A DNA stretch of 64,000 nucleotides. Source: Candidatus Omnitrophota bacterium (GTDB lineage: Bacteria; Omnitrophota; Gorgyraeia; Duberdicusellales; 4484-171). The position numbers were made by a program, and so were the translations under genes. Shown here piece by piece: positions 48,742-58,035 of this stretch. The notes beneath the pieces were generated by a model, which was given only the letters and a program-made list of their open reading frames with translations, ran no database searches and was not told the origin of the DNA. Each line of letters starts with the position of its first letter. Position 1 is the stretch's first letter. The stretch covers positions 509,855 to 573,854 of the forward strand of contig JBAZGN010000001.1 in NCBI GenBank assembly GCA_041652815.1, written 5' to 3'.

Positions 48742-49005
48742 ATGTTGGCAAAGAACAAAAAGAAAAAACTAATTGAGAAGTTTAAAGAGCATCCCCAAGA
48801 TACCGGTTCCGCCTCTGTGCAGGTAGCATTGCTTACAGAAAGGATTAACTATTTAACGGATCATTTAAAAAAACACAAGAAAGACTTCCATTCTCGCCGC
48901 GGCCTGCTTATGCTTGTAGGAAGACGCCGCCGCCTTCTTAATTATCTTAAGAAAAAGGATCCTCAAGGCTATAGCGGGGTTGCAAAGGAGCTTAACCTTA
49001 AATAA
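48742..49005 (+). CDS. rpsO: 30S ribosomal protein S15
   Basis: LTERINYLTDHLKKHKKDFHSRRGLLMLVGRRRRLLNYL. ATG at 48742; the track's 48664 start is a non-ATG extension. Confidence 0.9.
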   Translation: MLAKNKKKKLIEKFKEHPQDTGSASVQVALLTERINYLTDHLKKHKKDFHSRRGLLMLVGRRRRLLNYLKKKDPQGYSGVAKELNLK

Positions 49006-49006
49006 A

Positions 49007-51088
49007 ATGGGCACATCCCTCTCCCTTCCTAATTTGGGAAAAAATTCCCTGACGTTTTCTACAGGAGATTGGGCTAAACAGGCAAATGGTGCTGTTTTGG
49101 TTTCTTACGGAGAGACTGTCGTGTTGGCGACTAGTTGTATGTCCAAAGAGCCAAAAGAAACAGACGGCTTCCTGCCTCTTACCGTAGAATATCAGGAAAA
49201 AACTTATGCCATGGGCAAAATACCCGGTGGATTTATCAAGCGCGAAGGCCGGCCCAAAGACGAAGAAATACTTACCTCCCGCCTTATAGACAGGCCGCTT
49301 CGGCCGCTTTTCCCGAAAGGCTTTACGAACGAAATACAAATAGTAGCTATGGTTTTATCCAGTGATGGCAAAAATGACCCGGATATTTTTGCCATAACCG
49401 CCGCAAGCAGCGCTTTATTCATTTCGGATATCCCTTTCTATAATCCGGTAGGCGCGGTAAGGGTAAGCAAAACAGAAGATGGCTTCATATTAAATCCTAC
49501 CTACGAAGAAAGAGAAAAATCCCTTATGGACCTCGTTGTGGTAGGTACTGAAGATGATATCGTAATGCTTGAGGGCGGCCTGAAAGAAATTAGCGAGGCA
49601 GAAGTGCTTGAAGCTATAAAATTTGCCCAGCCTTTTATACGAGAAATAGTTAATTTTCAAAAAGAATTACGGCAAAAGATAGGGAAAAAGAAGAAAGAAG
49701 TCTTGATGCACGAAATTGACAATGATTTATACAGCTCTTTAAAAGATAAAATTTTCAAAGAGCTTGAGGGTGTATATGGAATAGTCGGAAAAGAAGAAAG
49801 AGAAGCCGGCGTAAATAAAATTCTTGCTTGTGTTTGCGAGGATCTCGTTAAAGTAAATCCCGAAACAGATTGTAATAAAGTTAAAGAAGTATTTTTTGCT
49901 CTTGAAGAAGAATTCGTGCGCAAAAAAATTGTTGAAGAAAATACCCGCCCGGATGGCCGTTCTTTAAAAGAAATAAGAAATATAGATTGTAAGGTCGGGG
50001 TTCTTCCCTGCACGCATGGTTCAGCCCTATTTACCCGCGGGCAAACCCAATCGCTTTCAACAATTACACTAGGCACAAGTTCGGATGAGCAATTTATTGA
50101 AGCGCTTGAAGGTAGAAGAACCAAGCATTTTATGTTGCATTATAGTTTTCCTCCTTTTAGCGTAGGAGAGATAAAGCCTTTAAGAGGGCCATCGCGAAGA
50201 GATATCGGCCATGGCGCTTTAGCAGAAAAGGCACTTTCCCCGATACTTCCTCCAAAAGAAGTATTTCCTTATACTATAAGAGTCGTTTCTGAAATTTTAG
50301 AATCAAATGGTTCTTCAAGTATGGCAACGGTATGCGCGTCTTCTTTGTCACTTATGGACGCGGGCGTGCCGGTTGCCTCACCCGTTGCGGGAATTGCCCT
50401 TGGCCTTATTACGGAAGGAGAAGAATACAAAATTCTTACGGATATCGCAGGAGTTGAGGACCATTATGGCGATATGGATTTTAAGGTCGCCGGAACAAAA
50501 AATGGCATAACCGCCATACAGCTGGATATAAAAATAGGCGGGCTTACTTATAAAATGATTGAAGAAGCTTTAGCTCAGTCAAAAGAAGCAAGGCTTTTTA
50601 TCTTGGAAAAAATGAGCACGGCCCTTTCCTTGCCGAGAGAAATAGTTTCGAAATACGCACCAAAAATAAAATCATTCAAGATAGACCCGGATAGAATCGG
50701 CAGCGTCATAGGCCCCGGGGGAAAGTTTATCCGAAGGCTTACCAGCGAATATAATGTTACTATAGACATTGACGATGAAACCGCTACCGTATCTGTTGTT
50801 GCAATGGATCTGGATAATTTGGAAAGAGCAGCCAAGCAGATTATGAATATGGTTAAGGATATAGAAGTTGGAGAAATTTTCGAAGGAAAAGTTACCCGAA
50901 TTGCGAATTTTGGAGCTTTTTGCGAGATTGTCCCTGGCAAGCAAGGCCTAGTGCATGTTTCCGAAATTTCCGATTCTTATGTAAAAAATGTCAGCGAAGT
51001 TTTAAAAGAAGGAGATATAGTTAAGGTAAAAATAATAGGCATTGATTCCCAAGGCCGCATTAATCTTAGTATAAAACAGGCGCAATGA
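49007..51088 (+). CDS. pnp: Polynucleotide phosphorylase
   Basis: Two RNase PH domains (RLIDRPLRPLFP, ...GSSSMATVCASSLSLMDAGVP), a KH domain and an S1 domain. ATG at 49007 lies just after the rpsO stop. Confidence 0.9.
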   Translation: MGTSLSLPNLGKNSLTFSTGDWAKQANGAVLVSYGETVVLATSCMSKEPKETDGFLPLTVEYQEKTYAMGKIPGGFIKREGRPKDEEILTSRLIDRPLRPLFPKGFTNEIQIVAMVLSSDGKNDPDIFAITAASSALFISDIPFYNPVGAVRVSKTEDGFILNPTYEEREKSLMDLVVVGTEDDIVMLEGGLKEISEAEVLEAIKFAQPFIREIVNFQKELRQKIGKKKKEVLMHEIDNDLYSSLKDKIFKELEGVYGIVGKEEREAGVNKILACVCEDLVKVNPETDCNKVKEVFFALEEEFVRKKIVEENTRPDGRSLKEIRNIDCKVGVLPCTHGSALFTRGQTQSLSTITLGTSSDEQFIEALEGRRTKHFMLHYSFPPFSVGEIKPLRGPSRRDIGHGALAEKALSPILPPKEVFPYTIRVVSEILESNGSSSMATVCASSLSLMDAGVPVASPVAGIALGLITEGEEYKILTDIAGVEDHYGDMDFKVAGTKNGITAIQLDIKIGGLTYKMIEEALAQSKEARLFILEKMSTALSLPREIVSKYAPKIKSFKIDPDRIGSVIGPGGKFIRRLTSEYNVTIDIDDETATVSVVAMDLDNLERAAKQIMNMVKDIEVGEIFEGKVTRIANFGAFCEIVPGKQGLVHVSEISDSYVKNVSEVLKEGDIVKVKIIGIDSQGRINLSIKQAQ

Positions 51089-53358
51089 AGCGAGCCCCTG
51101 ATTTTTTTAAAAATAGCGCTTTGATATATGCCTCGATATCGATAGCTTTCTCAATAGTCTTAATTTTAAGCCTTTTTTCATACACCTCAAAAGATATCGC
51201 GTTCTTAAGCCAATCTAATTCCCACACTACACACAATATTATCGGAATAGCCGGAGCTTACTTTGCTTTTGTTTTAAGATTTTTATTCGGAAGAGCGGCT
51301 TATTTTATACCTTTTTGCCTTATAGGCCTTGGGCTGGCTAAAATAGGAATATTACGTTTTTACGGTATAAGCAAAAGTAAGACCATCGATACAATTGCTG
51401 CTTTAATATTTATTGTATCGCTTTCCGCCTTTATGGGGCTGTTATTTGCGAAAGCAGGTGCCGGCTGGGAGTATTCAGATGGCGTTGTCGGGTTTTATCT
51501 CTCGCAGTTTTTTGAAAGTTATCTTGGTTTTTCCGGTTCTTTAATCGTACTTAGTTTAATTCTTATCATAATGAGCCTTTTGTTTTTTGGTTTTTTCTTT
51601 GTAGATGTTTTTAAAGGAACAAGGCTTGCTTTTTCTATGGTAAGTGAATTTATCGCGGAAAGAAGGAATAGAAAAGTAGAAACTAACGGCGATTTCCTGA
51701 TTGCTAAGAAAAAGAAACTGAAAGACGCCTCCCTCAGGCAGATCGAAGATGAAGATAAAGAAAAAGCTGCAACAAAAGTACGCCCCGCAATAAAACCGGA
51801 AATAAAAATGTATACTCCGAAGATAAATCAGCCGCAATCGCAGGCACAGGCGCAGGCGAGCAAGATAGACAATGATAAACTTGTTAATAAAGAAGAAATA
51901 AAAAAGCAGATAGACGGGCTTAATCCGGATAATGCCAAAACATTTGATCCAAAAACCTACAAGTTGCCTTCGATAGGCCTTTTGAAGGTGCCGTCTTCGC
52001 TTGATTACCGTGAGGTAAAAGAGGATGTAGAGGCAAGCATTAAGAATCTTGAAGAAACACTTTCCGATTTCGGTGTTGAGGCGAAAGTTGTAAGTGTCCA
52101 GAAAGGCCCGGTTGTGACAATGTATGAATTAGAGCCTTCCCCGGGGGTTAAGATTACAAAAATATCCGCCCTTTCCGATGACATAGCGCTTTCCATGAAA
52201 TCATCTTCGGTAAGAATTGTTGCGCCCATACCGGGAAGAGGCACTGTTGGCGTAGAAGTTCCCAATGAGAAGAAACATTTGGTTTATTTAAGGGAAATTC
52301 TTGAGGAAAAAATATTTTCCGACTCTAGCTCAAAATTAACTTTGACTATCGGAAAAGACGTTTCAGGAAATCCCGTGATTGCTGATTTAAAGGAAATGCC
52401 TCACCTTTTGATAGCCGGCACAACCGGTTCGGGGAAAACAGTTTGCGTTAATACGATAATTACTTCAATTTTGTTTAAAGCAAAGCCTGATGAAGTAAAG
52501 TTTATTCTTGTGGACCCAAAGATGGTTGAACTTGCTCCTTTTGCCGGCATACCGCACCTACTGCACCCGATTATCTATGAGTCAAAAAAAGCATTTATTA
52601 CTTTGAACTGGGCTGTTGAAGAAATGGAAAGGCGTTATCATCTTCTTGCCTCTGAAGGCGCAAGGAATATCGATGTATATAACAAAAGCGGCAAGAAAAT
52701 GCCTTTTATCATAATAATAGTTGATGAATTGGCAGATTTAATGGTAGTTGCAAAAGAGAGCATAGAAGTTTCTATACAGCGCCTGGCGCAGCTTTCCAGG
52801 GCAGTTGGCATTCATCTTATCCTTGCAACGCAAAGGCCGTCCGTTGACGTTATAACCGGAGTAATTAAGGCAAATTTTCCGGCACGAATTTCTTTTAAAG
52901 TTTCTTCCAAGGTAGACTCTCGCACAGTGCTCGATGTTATGGGTGCAGATAAACTTCTTGGCAAGGGGGACTTATTATTTTTAAAACCGGGAGCACCTAA
53001 GCTTATCCGCGCGCAAGGTTCCCTTATTGACGATGAAGATATTAATAATCTTATTACCTTCATAAAGAACCAGGGCGGCCCGGTTTATGAAGCAGGCATT
53101 TTAGAGGGAGAAAAGAAAGCCGCGATGCATGTTCAGTCTGATGAATTGATAGATGAAGCAGTTAAAACGATATTACAGGCACGGCAAGCTTCAGCTTCTA
53201 TTCTGCAAAGACGGCTTAGAGTTGGTTATACCCGCGCAGCAAGGCTGCTTGATTTGATGGAACAACAGGGAATAGTTGGGCCATTTTGCGGAAGCAAAGC
53301 CAGGGAAATTCTGGTTGATCCGCAAGATTATTTGAAAGAAAAAGAAGGGGCCGTATGA
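51085..53358 (+). CDS. ftsK: DNA translocase FtsK/SpoIIIE
   Basis: N-terminal transmembrane helices, HLLIAGTTGSGKTVCVN Walker A, and a C-terminal gamma winged-helix. ATGA overlap with pnp. Confidence 0.9.
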   Translation: MKRAPDFFKNSALIYASISIAFSIVLILSLFSYTSKDIAFLSQSNSHTTHNIIGIAGAYFAFVLRFLFGRAAYFIPFCLIGLGLAKIGILRFYGISKSKTIDTIAALIFIVSLSAFMGLLFAKAGAGWEYSDGVVGFYLSQFFESYLGFSGSLIVLSLILIIMSLLFFGFFFVDVFKGTRLAFSMVSEFIAERRNRKVETNGDFLIAKKKKLKDASLRQIEDEDKEKAATKVRPAIKPEIKMYTPKINQPQSQAQAQASKIDNDKLVNKEEIKKQIDGLNPDNAKTFDPKTYKLPSIGLLKVPSSLDYREVKEDVEASIKNLEETLSDFGVEAKVVSVQKGPVVTMYELEPSPGVKITKISALSDDIALSMKSSSVRIVAPIPGRGTVGVEVPNEKKHLVYLREILEEKIFSDSSSKLTLTIGKDVSGNPVIADLKEMPHLLIAGTTGSGKTVCVNTIITSILFKAKPDEVKFILVDPKMVELAPFAGIPHLLHPIIYESKKAFITLNWAVEEMERRYHLLASEGARNIDVYNKSGKKMPFIIIIVDELADLMVVAKESIEVSIQRLAQLSRAVGIHLILATQRPSVDVITGVIKANFPARISFKVSSKVDSRTVLDVMGADKLLGKGDLLFLKPGAPKLIRAQGSLIDDEDINNLITFIKNQGGPVYEAGILEGEKKAAMHVQSDELIDEAVKTILQARQASASILQRRLRVGYTRAARLLDLMEQQGIVGPFCGSKAREILVDPQDYLKEKEGAV

Positions 53359-54098
53359 CGATAGAAGAACTTTGTGTAAAATTACAGCAGAAAAGAAATA
53401 CTCTTGGGCTTACTCTTGAAGAGGTTGTTGAAAAAACCAAGTTGTACCCTTCCGTAATAAGAGATATAGAATCCGGCAGTTTAAGCAATATAAGTAATGC
53501 GTATCTTAAAGGCTACATAAAGATATATGCATCTTTTCTTAGCGTAGATGTTGAAGATGCGTTAGATAAAATTAATCTTGCTCAAGCCAACCTATCCAAG
53601 GTTGCGCCGGTAAAAGAGGAAAAACAGGTAGAGGAAAAACCAAAATTAAAGCTTAAGCCCCTGCCGCCAAAAGTTAAAAAAATTATTTTTTATTTGATAG
53701 CGCTAATATTTATTTTATGGATAGCAACGGGAGCGATTCGTTTCGTTTCAAAAAACTTTACAAAATTAGCGAAAAAACCTGTGAAAAGAACTGCAGCGGC
53801 AGTTATAAAAATTCCAGCCATTTCCAAAAAAATGCAAAATGAGGTTAATGCAGCGCTTACGGCAAAGAGAGATTGTTTTATAAGAACCAAGGTTGACGGT
53901 AAAGTTCTTTTTGAGGGAGTGATTAAAAAAGGAATGTCTGAAAGCTGGAAGGGAAATCGTGAAATAGAATTCAAGATAAGTGACGGCTCTGCCGTGTATC
54001 TCGAAGTAAACGGGAAATCTTTGCCATCCTTAACCTCTTCGTCAAAATCAATAAAAAGCCTGAAAGTAAACTCATCCGGAATCTCTATTGTTAAGTAA
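53355..54098 (+). CDS. rodZ: RodZ-like cytoskeleton protein (HTH_25 + TM + DUF4115)
   Basis: The N-terminal HTH (LGLTLEEVVEKTKLYPSVIRDIESG), a single transmembrane helix, and a C-terminal beta-rich domain. Confidence 0.6.
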   Translation: MTIEELCVKLQQKRNTLGLTLEEVVEKTKLYPSVIRDIESGSLSNISNAYLKGYIKIYASFLSVDVEDALDKINLAQANLSKVAPVKEEKQVEEKPKLKLKPLPPKVKKIIFYLIALIFILWIATGAIRFVSKNFTKLAKKPVKRTAAAVIKIPAISKKMQNEVNAALTAKRDCFIRTKVDGKVLFEGVIKKGMSESWKGNREIEFKISDGSAVYLEVNGKSLPSLTSSSKSIKSLKVNSSGISIVK

Positions 54099-54221
54099 AC
54101 GCGAATATTCGCAAATTTTAACCCTAATAGTTTCATTAAGGTATAAGCGCGAATTCACGCGAATGATTAAATAGTAATTTATTCGCGACTATTTGCGTTA
54201 GATTCGCGATAATTAGCGTAT
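54096..54221. repeat. CGCGAAT-box intergenic element, copy R2
   Basis: taaacgcgaatattcgc...aggtataagcgcgaattcacgcgaatg...ttattcgcgac...gattcgcgataattagcgtat abutting the ATG at 54222. Confidence 0.65.
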
Positions 54222-55496
54222 ATGAAGAGAAAAAATTTATCAATTGTGTCCCTTGGTTGTTTCAGAAATACCTATGACTCTGAAACTGTATTGAATAGGT
54301 TTTTGGAGCAAGGGTATAGTTTTTCTTCCCGGGAAAATATTTTTCTTACAGGAAAGGATAATTTTAAATCCTGCGACACTCTGCTTGTAAATACGTGCGG
54401 TTTTATCGACCGCGCAAAAGAGGAATCCATAGAATTTATCAGGCAGGCAGTCCGGTTGAAGAAGGAAGGCAAAGTAAAAAGTTTGTTTGTTTTTGGTTGT
54501 CTTGTTGAGCGGTATCAGGAGAAACTAAAGGCATCTTTCCCGGAAGTTGATAAATGGTGGGGGACGGAAAATTTTCCCCAAAACGAAATCCGGCAGAAGA
54601 AAATTATGCCGGCACACCTTGATTTTATAAAAATATGCGAAGGCTGTCTTAATAAATGCACTTATTGCACAATACCTCAAATAAAGGGAGATTTAAGAAG
54701 CAAACCCAAAGAGCAAATCATAAATGAAGTAAAATTCCTGGATAAAAAGGGCATAAAAGAATTAAATATTATCGGCCAGGATATAACCAGTTGGGCAAAA
54801 GATTTAAAGACAAAAGATGATTTATCTTCTTTGCTTCGCGCAATACTTAAAACGACAAAAAACATAAGCTGGATAAGGCTTCTTTATACTCATCCGCGCC
54901 ACGTTAGCGACAAGTTGATAGACCTGATTGCCAACGAAGAACGAATATGTAAATATATTGATTTGCCCATCCAGCATATAAATGATAGAATTCTACAATT
55001 GATGAATAGAGGTGTTACAAAAAAACAAATAACCAGCCTAATTAAAAAGATAAGAAAAAATATTAAAAGCTGTGTTATAAGAACGTCAGTTATGGCGGGG
55101 TTTCCTACGGAAACCGCCGATGAATTTAAAGAGCTGTTAAATTTTTTGAAAGAAACCAGGTTTGAACGTCTCGGCGCATTTACGTATTCCAGGGAAGAAA
55201 ATACCCCAGCATTCAGTTTAGAGCCCCAGGTGCATAATAAAGTTAAGCTGTCGCGTTTTAAAGAGATTATGAGCCTGCAGCAAGGTATTTCCTGTGAAGT
55301 TAACAAGCGGTTCCTTGATAAACACCTTGATGTTTTGATTGAAGAGAAAGATAATGAAGTTTTCATAGGAAGAACGCAATTCGATGCTTATGAAGTTGAC
55401 GGGGTAGTGTTTTTGAAGAAAAAAAACCTTAAACTAGGGAAATTTTATAAAGCGAAAATAATCGATAACTATGATTATGATTTGGTTGGCATTTAA
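54222..55496 (+). CDS. rimO: Radical SAM methylthiotransferase, RimO/MiaB family (probably ribosomal protein S12 methylthiotransferase)
   Basis: N-terminal MTTase domain (SLGCFRNTYDSE), CEGCLNKCTYCTIP radical SAM motif, and a C-terminal TRAM domain; 424 aa. Confidence 0.7.
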   Translation: MKRKNLSIVSLGCFRNTYDSETVLNRFLEQGYSFSSRENIFLTGKDNFKSCDTLLVNTCGFIDRAKEESIEFIRQAVRLKKEGKVKSLFVFGCLVERYQEKLKASFPEVDKWWGTENFPQNEIRQKKIMPAHLDFIKICEGCLNKCTYCTIPQIKGDLRSKPKEQIINEVKFLDKKGIKELNIIGQDITSWAKDLKTKDDLSSLLRAILKTTKNISWIRLLYTHPRHVSDKLIDLIANEERICKYIDLPIQHINDRILQLMNRGVTKKQITSLIKKIRKNIKSCVIRTSVMAGFPTETADEFKELLNFLKETRFERLGAFTYSREENTPAFSLEPQVHNKVKLSRFKEIMSLQQGISCEVNKRFLDKHLDVLIEEKDNEVFIGRTQFDAYEVDGVVFLKKKNLKLGKFYKAKIIDNYDYDLVGI

Positions 55497-55621
55497 CACA
55501 GATAATCACAAATTTGAACCAGATTATCACAGATGATATGAATTCTGTAACACGTCACAGGTAACACGTTTTTAAAACGTGATACGTGTGACGTGTAACG
55601 TGATACCTGCTGTGTATTAAT

Positions 55622-56191
55622 ATGAACATCGCAAATTACCTCACATTCTTAAGGATTATCCTGGCATTTATCTGCATCGGATTTATACTGCATAATGATT
55701 TTAATTCAATCTTTATTGCCTTTATAATTTTTATTATTGCCTCGATAACTGACTTGCTTGATGGTATATTTGCCAGAAGGCAGAATCTTATATCGGACCT
55801 TGGAAAATTGCTTGATCCAATCGCCGATAAAATTTTAATCATCGGTGTATTCCTCGCGTTTTTGCAGCTTAAAGTAGTAGTAAATGCCTGGATGGTAAGC
55901 GTTATAATGCTTAGGGAATTTATTATTACGGGGCTACGGCTTTATGTTTTAAAATCAGGCGAAGTCCTTGAGGCAAAAAGGTGGGGCAAGCATAAAACGG
56001 TTTCACAAGTATTTGGGATAGTTGTAATTTTTATATCTTTGCTGCTTTTCAGAAAATTTCCTCAAAATAGCCTCGTTATTTTTCTATATGAAAAAGTAAC
56101 ACATGTAATAATGTGGTACGTTGTTCTTATCACTCTTTTTTCCGGCGTATCTTATTTTTGGATAAATAGAAAGTTGATAAAGACGTTTTAG
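55622..56191 (+). CDS. pgsA: CDP-diacylglycerol--glycerol-3-phosphate 3-phosphatidyltransferase
   Basis: NIANYLTFLRIIL and DLLDGIFARRQNLISDLGKLLDPIADK (CDP-alcohol phosphatidyltransferase motif). Confidence 0.85.
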   Translation: MNIANYLTFLRIILAFICIGFILHNDFNSIFIAFIIFIIASITDLLDGIFARRQNLISDLGKLLDPIADKILIIGVFLAFLQLKVVVNAWMVSVIMLREFIITGLRLYVLKSGEVLEAKRWGKHKTVSQVFGIVVIFISLLLFRKFPQNSLVIFLYEKVTHVIMWYVVLITLFSGVSYFWINRKLIKTF

Positions 56192-56282
56192 CAAAAAGGT
56201 TGAGGTTAAGGTTTAGGTTGAGAAATGCAAAGTTTAGTCTGATCCTTAACCTCAACCTTAGCCTTAACCTTCTTTTGGAACC

Positions 56283-56744
56283 ATGAAGAAGACATCTCTA
56301 TTAGATAAATTGTGCATAGCAATAACCACGCTTTTTGGAATCGGCTACGCACCACTTTTTAGCGGGACATTGGCTTCAGTTGTGGCAGTTATTGTTTTTC
56401 TGCTAATAAAAACAAGGCTCTACTTTTTGATTTTCACCGCTATCTCAATATTGCTTTCTTTTCTACTTGCCAGCCGTGCGGAAAAGATTTTTAAAGAAAA
56501 AGACTGCAAAAAAATAGTTATTGATGATTTCTCCGGTATGCTTTTAGCTCTTTTGCTTGTTCCTTATGATATTCGGTTTGTGGTTTGTGCCTTCATACTT
56601 TTCCGCGTATTTGACGCTTTTAAAATCCCACCCATAGATAAAATTGAACGGTTAAACGGCGCAGCAGGGGTTGTTGGTGATGACCTAATGGCTGGATTTT
56701 ATTCGCTGGTTGCGCTGCAGATAGTCAGATTGTTTGTGAGATAG
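56283..56744 (+). CDS. pgpA: Phosphatidylglycerophosphatase A
   Basis: GIGYAPLFSGTLASVVAV...VIDDFSGMLLALL...GAAGVVGDDLMAGFYS. Confidence 0.8.
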   Translation: MKKTSLLDKLCIAITTLFGIGYAPLFSGTLASVVAVIVFLLIKTRLYFLIFTAISILLSFLLASRAEKIFKEKDCKKIVIDDFSGMLLALLLVPYDIRFVVCAFILFRVFDAFKIPPIDKIERLNGAAGVVGDDLMAGFYSLVALQIVRLFVR

Positions 56745-56760
56745 AAACCAAAGTGGAGCC

Positions 56761-56785
56761 GTAGGACGTAAAGCGTGGGATGTCC
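56761..56785. repeat. Left inverted repeat (GGACGTAAAGCGTGGGATGTCC; ACGTNNN heptads) flanking the TPR gene
   Basis: 19 of 21 nt complementary to 57432-57466. Confidence 0.5.
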
Positions 56786-56929
56786 GCTCGCTTTGCTCGC
56801 TAGGACGAGAGACGAAAGAAAATGAAAGGGCGAAGATAGAAAGAATAAAATTTTTTACTTTATGGCCCCTGTGATAATCTATTACAGAGGGGTTTTAAAT
56901 GGTATAAGTTGTTACAAGAAAGGAGAACG

Positions 56930-57331
56930 ATGAAGAATAAAAAAATTATCGTAATTTCAATTGTTATACTTCTGTTACTTGCCATAATATACGGACTTTT
57001 TCTATTGAGACCTTTCTTTTGGTGGTGTAGGGGCAGCATCTATGAACAACAGCAACCAGAGCGGGCAATATATTATTTCAATAAGGCGATACTAATGAGG
57101 CCAGATTACGTAGAAGCATATTTTTATTCAAGGTTTAAAGGGGAAGGCAAAAATCTCTCAGCATATAGCGGTGGTTTAGCTGTTTGTTACCAGATTCTTG
57201 GCGAAAACGATAAAGCAAGAGAATATTATAATAAGGCACTCGAACTATATCATAAACACGGCGATAAAACAGGCGTTATAGTATTGATAAATGCTAATCT
57301 AAAATTACTAGATAATAGGAATAAAAAATAG
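56930..57331 (+). CDS. Small membrane-anchored tetratricopeptide-repeat protein
   Basis: N-terminal transmembrane helix and TPR-like AIYYFNKAILMRPDYVEAYF...AREYYNKALELY. ATG at 56930 follows an AAAGGAGAACG RBS; the track's 56909 start is a TTG. Confidence 0.55.
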   Translation: MKNKKIIVISIVILLLLAIIYGLFLLRPFFWWCRGSIYEQQQPERAIYYFNKAILMRPDYVEAYFYSRFKGEGKNLSAYSGGLAVCYQILGENDKAREYYNKALELYHKHGDKTGVIVLINANLKLLDNRNKK

Positions 57332-57431
57332 TTTAGATTATATTATTTATCTTTCTATGGATTTTTCTGTTTCTTCTGAATATAACCGATAGCAAAATTC
57401 ATCCAGTCAAAGCCACCTTCACCTTTCCGAG

Positions 57432-57466
57432 CTTCTATTGTCCACGTTCTACGTCCCACGTTTTAC
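57432..57466. repeat. Right inverted repeat flanking the TPR gene
   Basis: gtccacgttctacgtcccacgttttacgtcc; its reverse complement contains GGACGTAAAACGTGGGACGT. Confidence 0.5.
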
Positions 57467-57474
57467 GTCCTTCT

Positions 57475-58023
57475 TTATCCTTGTAACGGCGCGCAGAATA
57501 ATTTTTCATAAACCGGGCCGGTAGGCTTAAGTAGGCTTTTAAAAAGAATTATTTCGCTAACTGCAAACTTAGCTTCAATAGTCATACCTTTCATTTCATT
57601 CTTAAGGCAATCAATATTTCTTTTAGTTCGAAACCTTGCAATAGTAAGGTGAGATTTAAAACGGCCTTCCTTAGGAAAACCCAAGCTTTCAAGCTTATCT
57701 TCAAGCTGTAGGGAGATATTTTTTAATATTTCCTCATTGTCTGTTGATATAAAAAATACTCTCGGTGATGTTTCGTTAGGGAAAAAACCAAAGCTGCCTA
57801 CGTTAAGTTCCAATTGACTGAAATTACCGGCAGTTGTTTTTATTATATTTTTAATTTTATCGAGCTGTTCCTCAGAAACTTCCCCCAAAAACTTTAAAGT
57901 CATATGAATGTTTGAAGTATTAACCCATTTTGCATCTAAATCACATTTTTTAAGCCTGGTAACTGCGCGCGATAATTTTTCTTTTAAATCTTCCGGAATG
58001 TCTATGGCAATGAATAAACGCAT
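57475..58023 (-). CDS. thpR: RNA 2',3'-cyclic phosphodiesterase (2H family, LigT/ThpR)
   Basis: Two H-x-[TS]-x motifs (HMTLKFLG and HLTIARF); 182 aa. Confidence 0.8.
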   Translation of the reverse strand: MRLFIAIDIPEDLKEKLSRAVTRLKKCDLDAKWVNTSNIHMTLKFLGEVSEEQLDKIKNIIKTTAGNFSQLELNVGSFGFFPNETSPRVFFISTDNEEILKNISLQLEDKLESLGFPKEGRFKSHLTIARFRTKRNIDCLKNEMKGMTIEAKFAVSEIILFKSLLKPTGPVYEKLFCAPLQG

Positions 58024-58035
58024 ATTTTTTCTTAA

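Noticed and set aside
48980-49006. Long 5' extensions of pnp (48980), rpsO (48664), htpX (47401), ldh (58870) and others as given in the ORF track
   Set aside because: The extensions begin at TTG/GTG codons inside upstream genes or repeats. Conserved N-termini and RBS-ATG spacing support the internal ATG starts used in the feature table.
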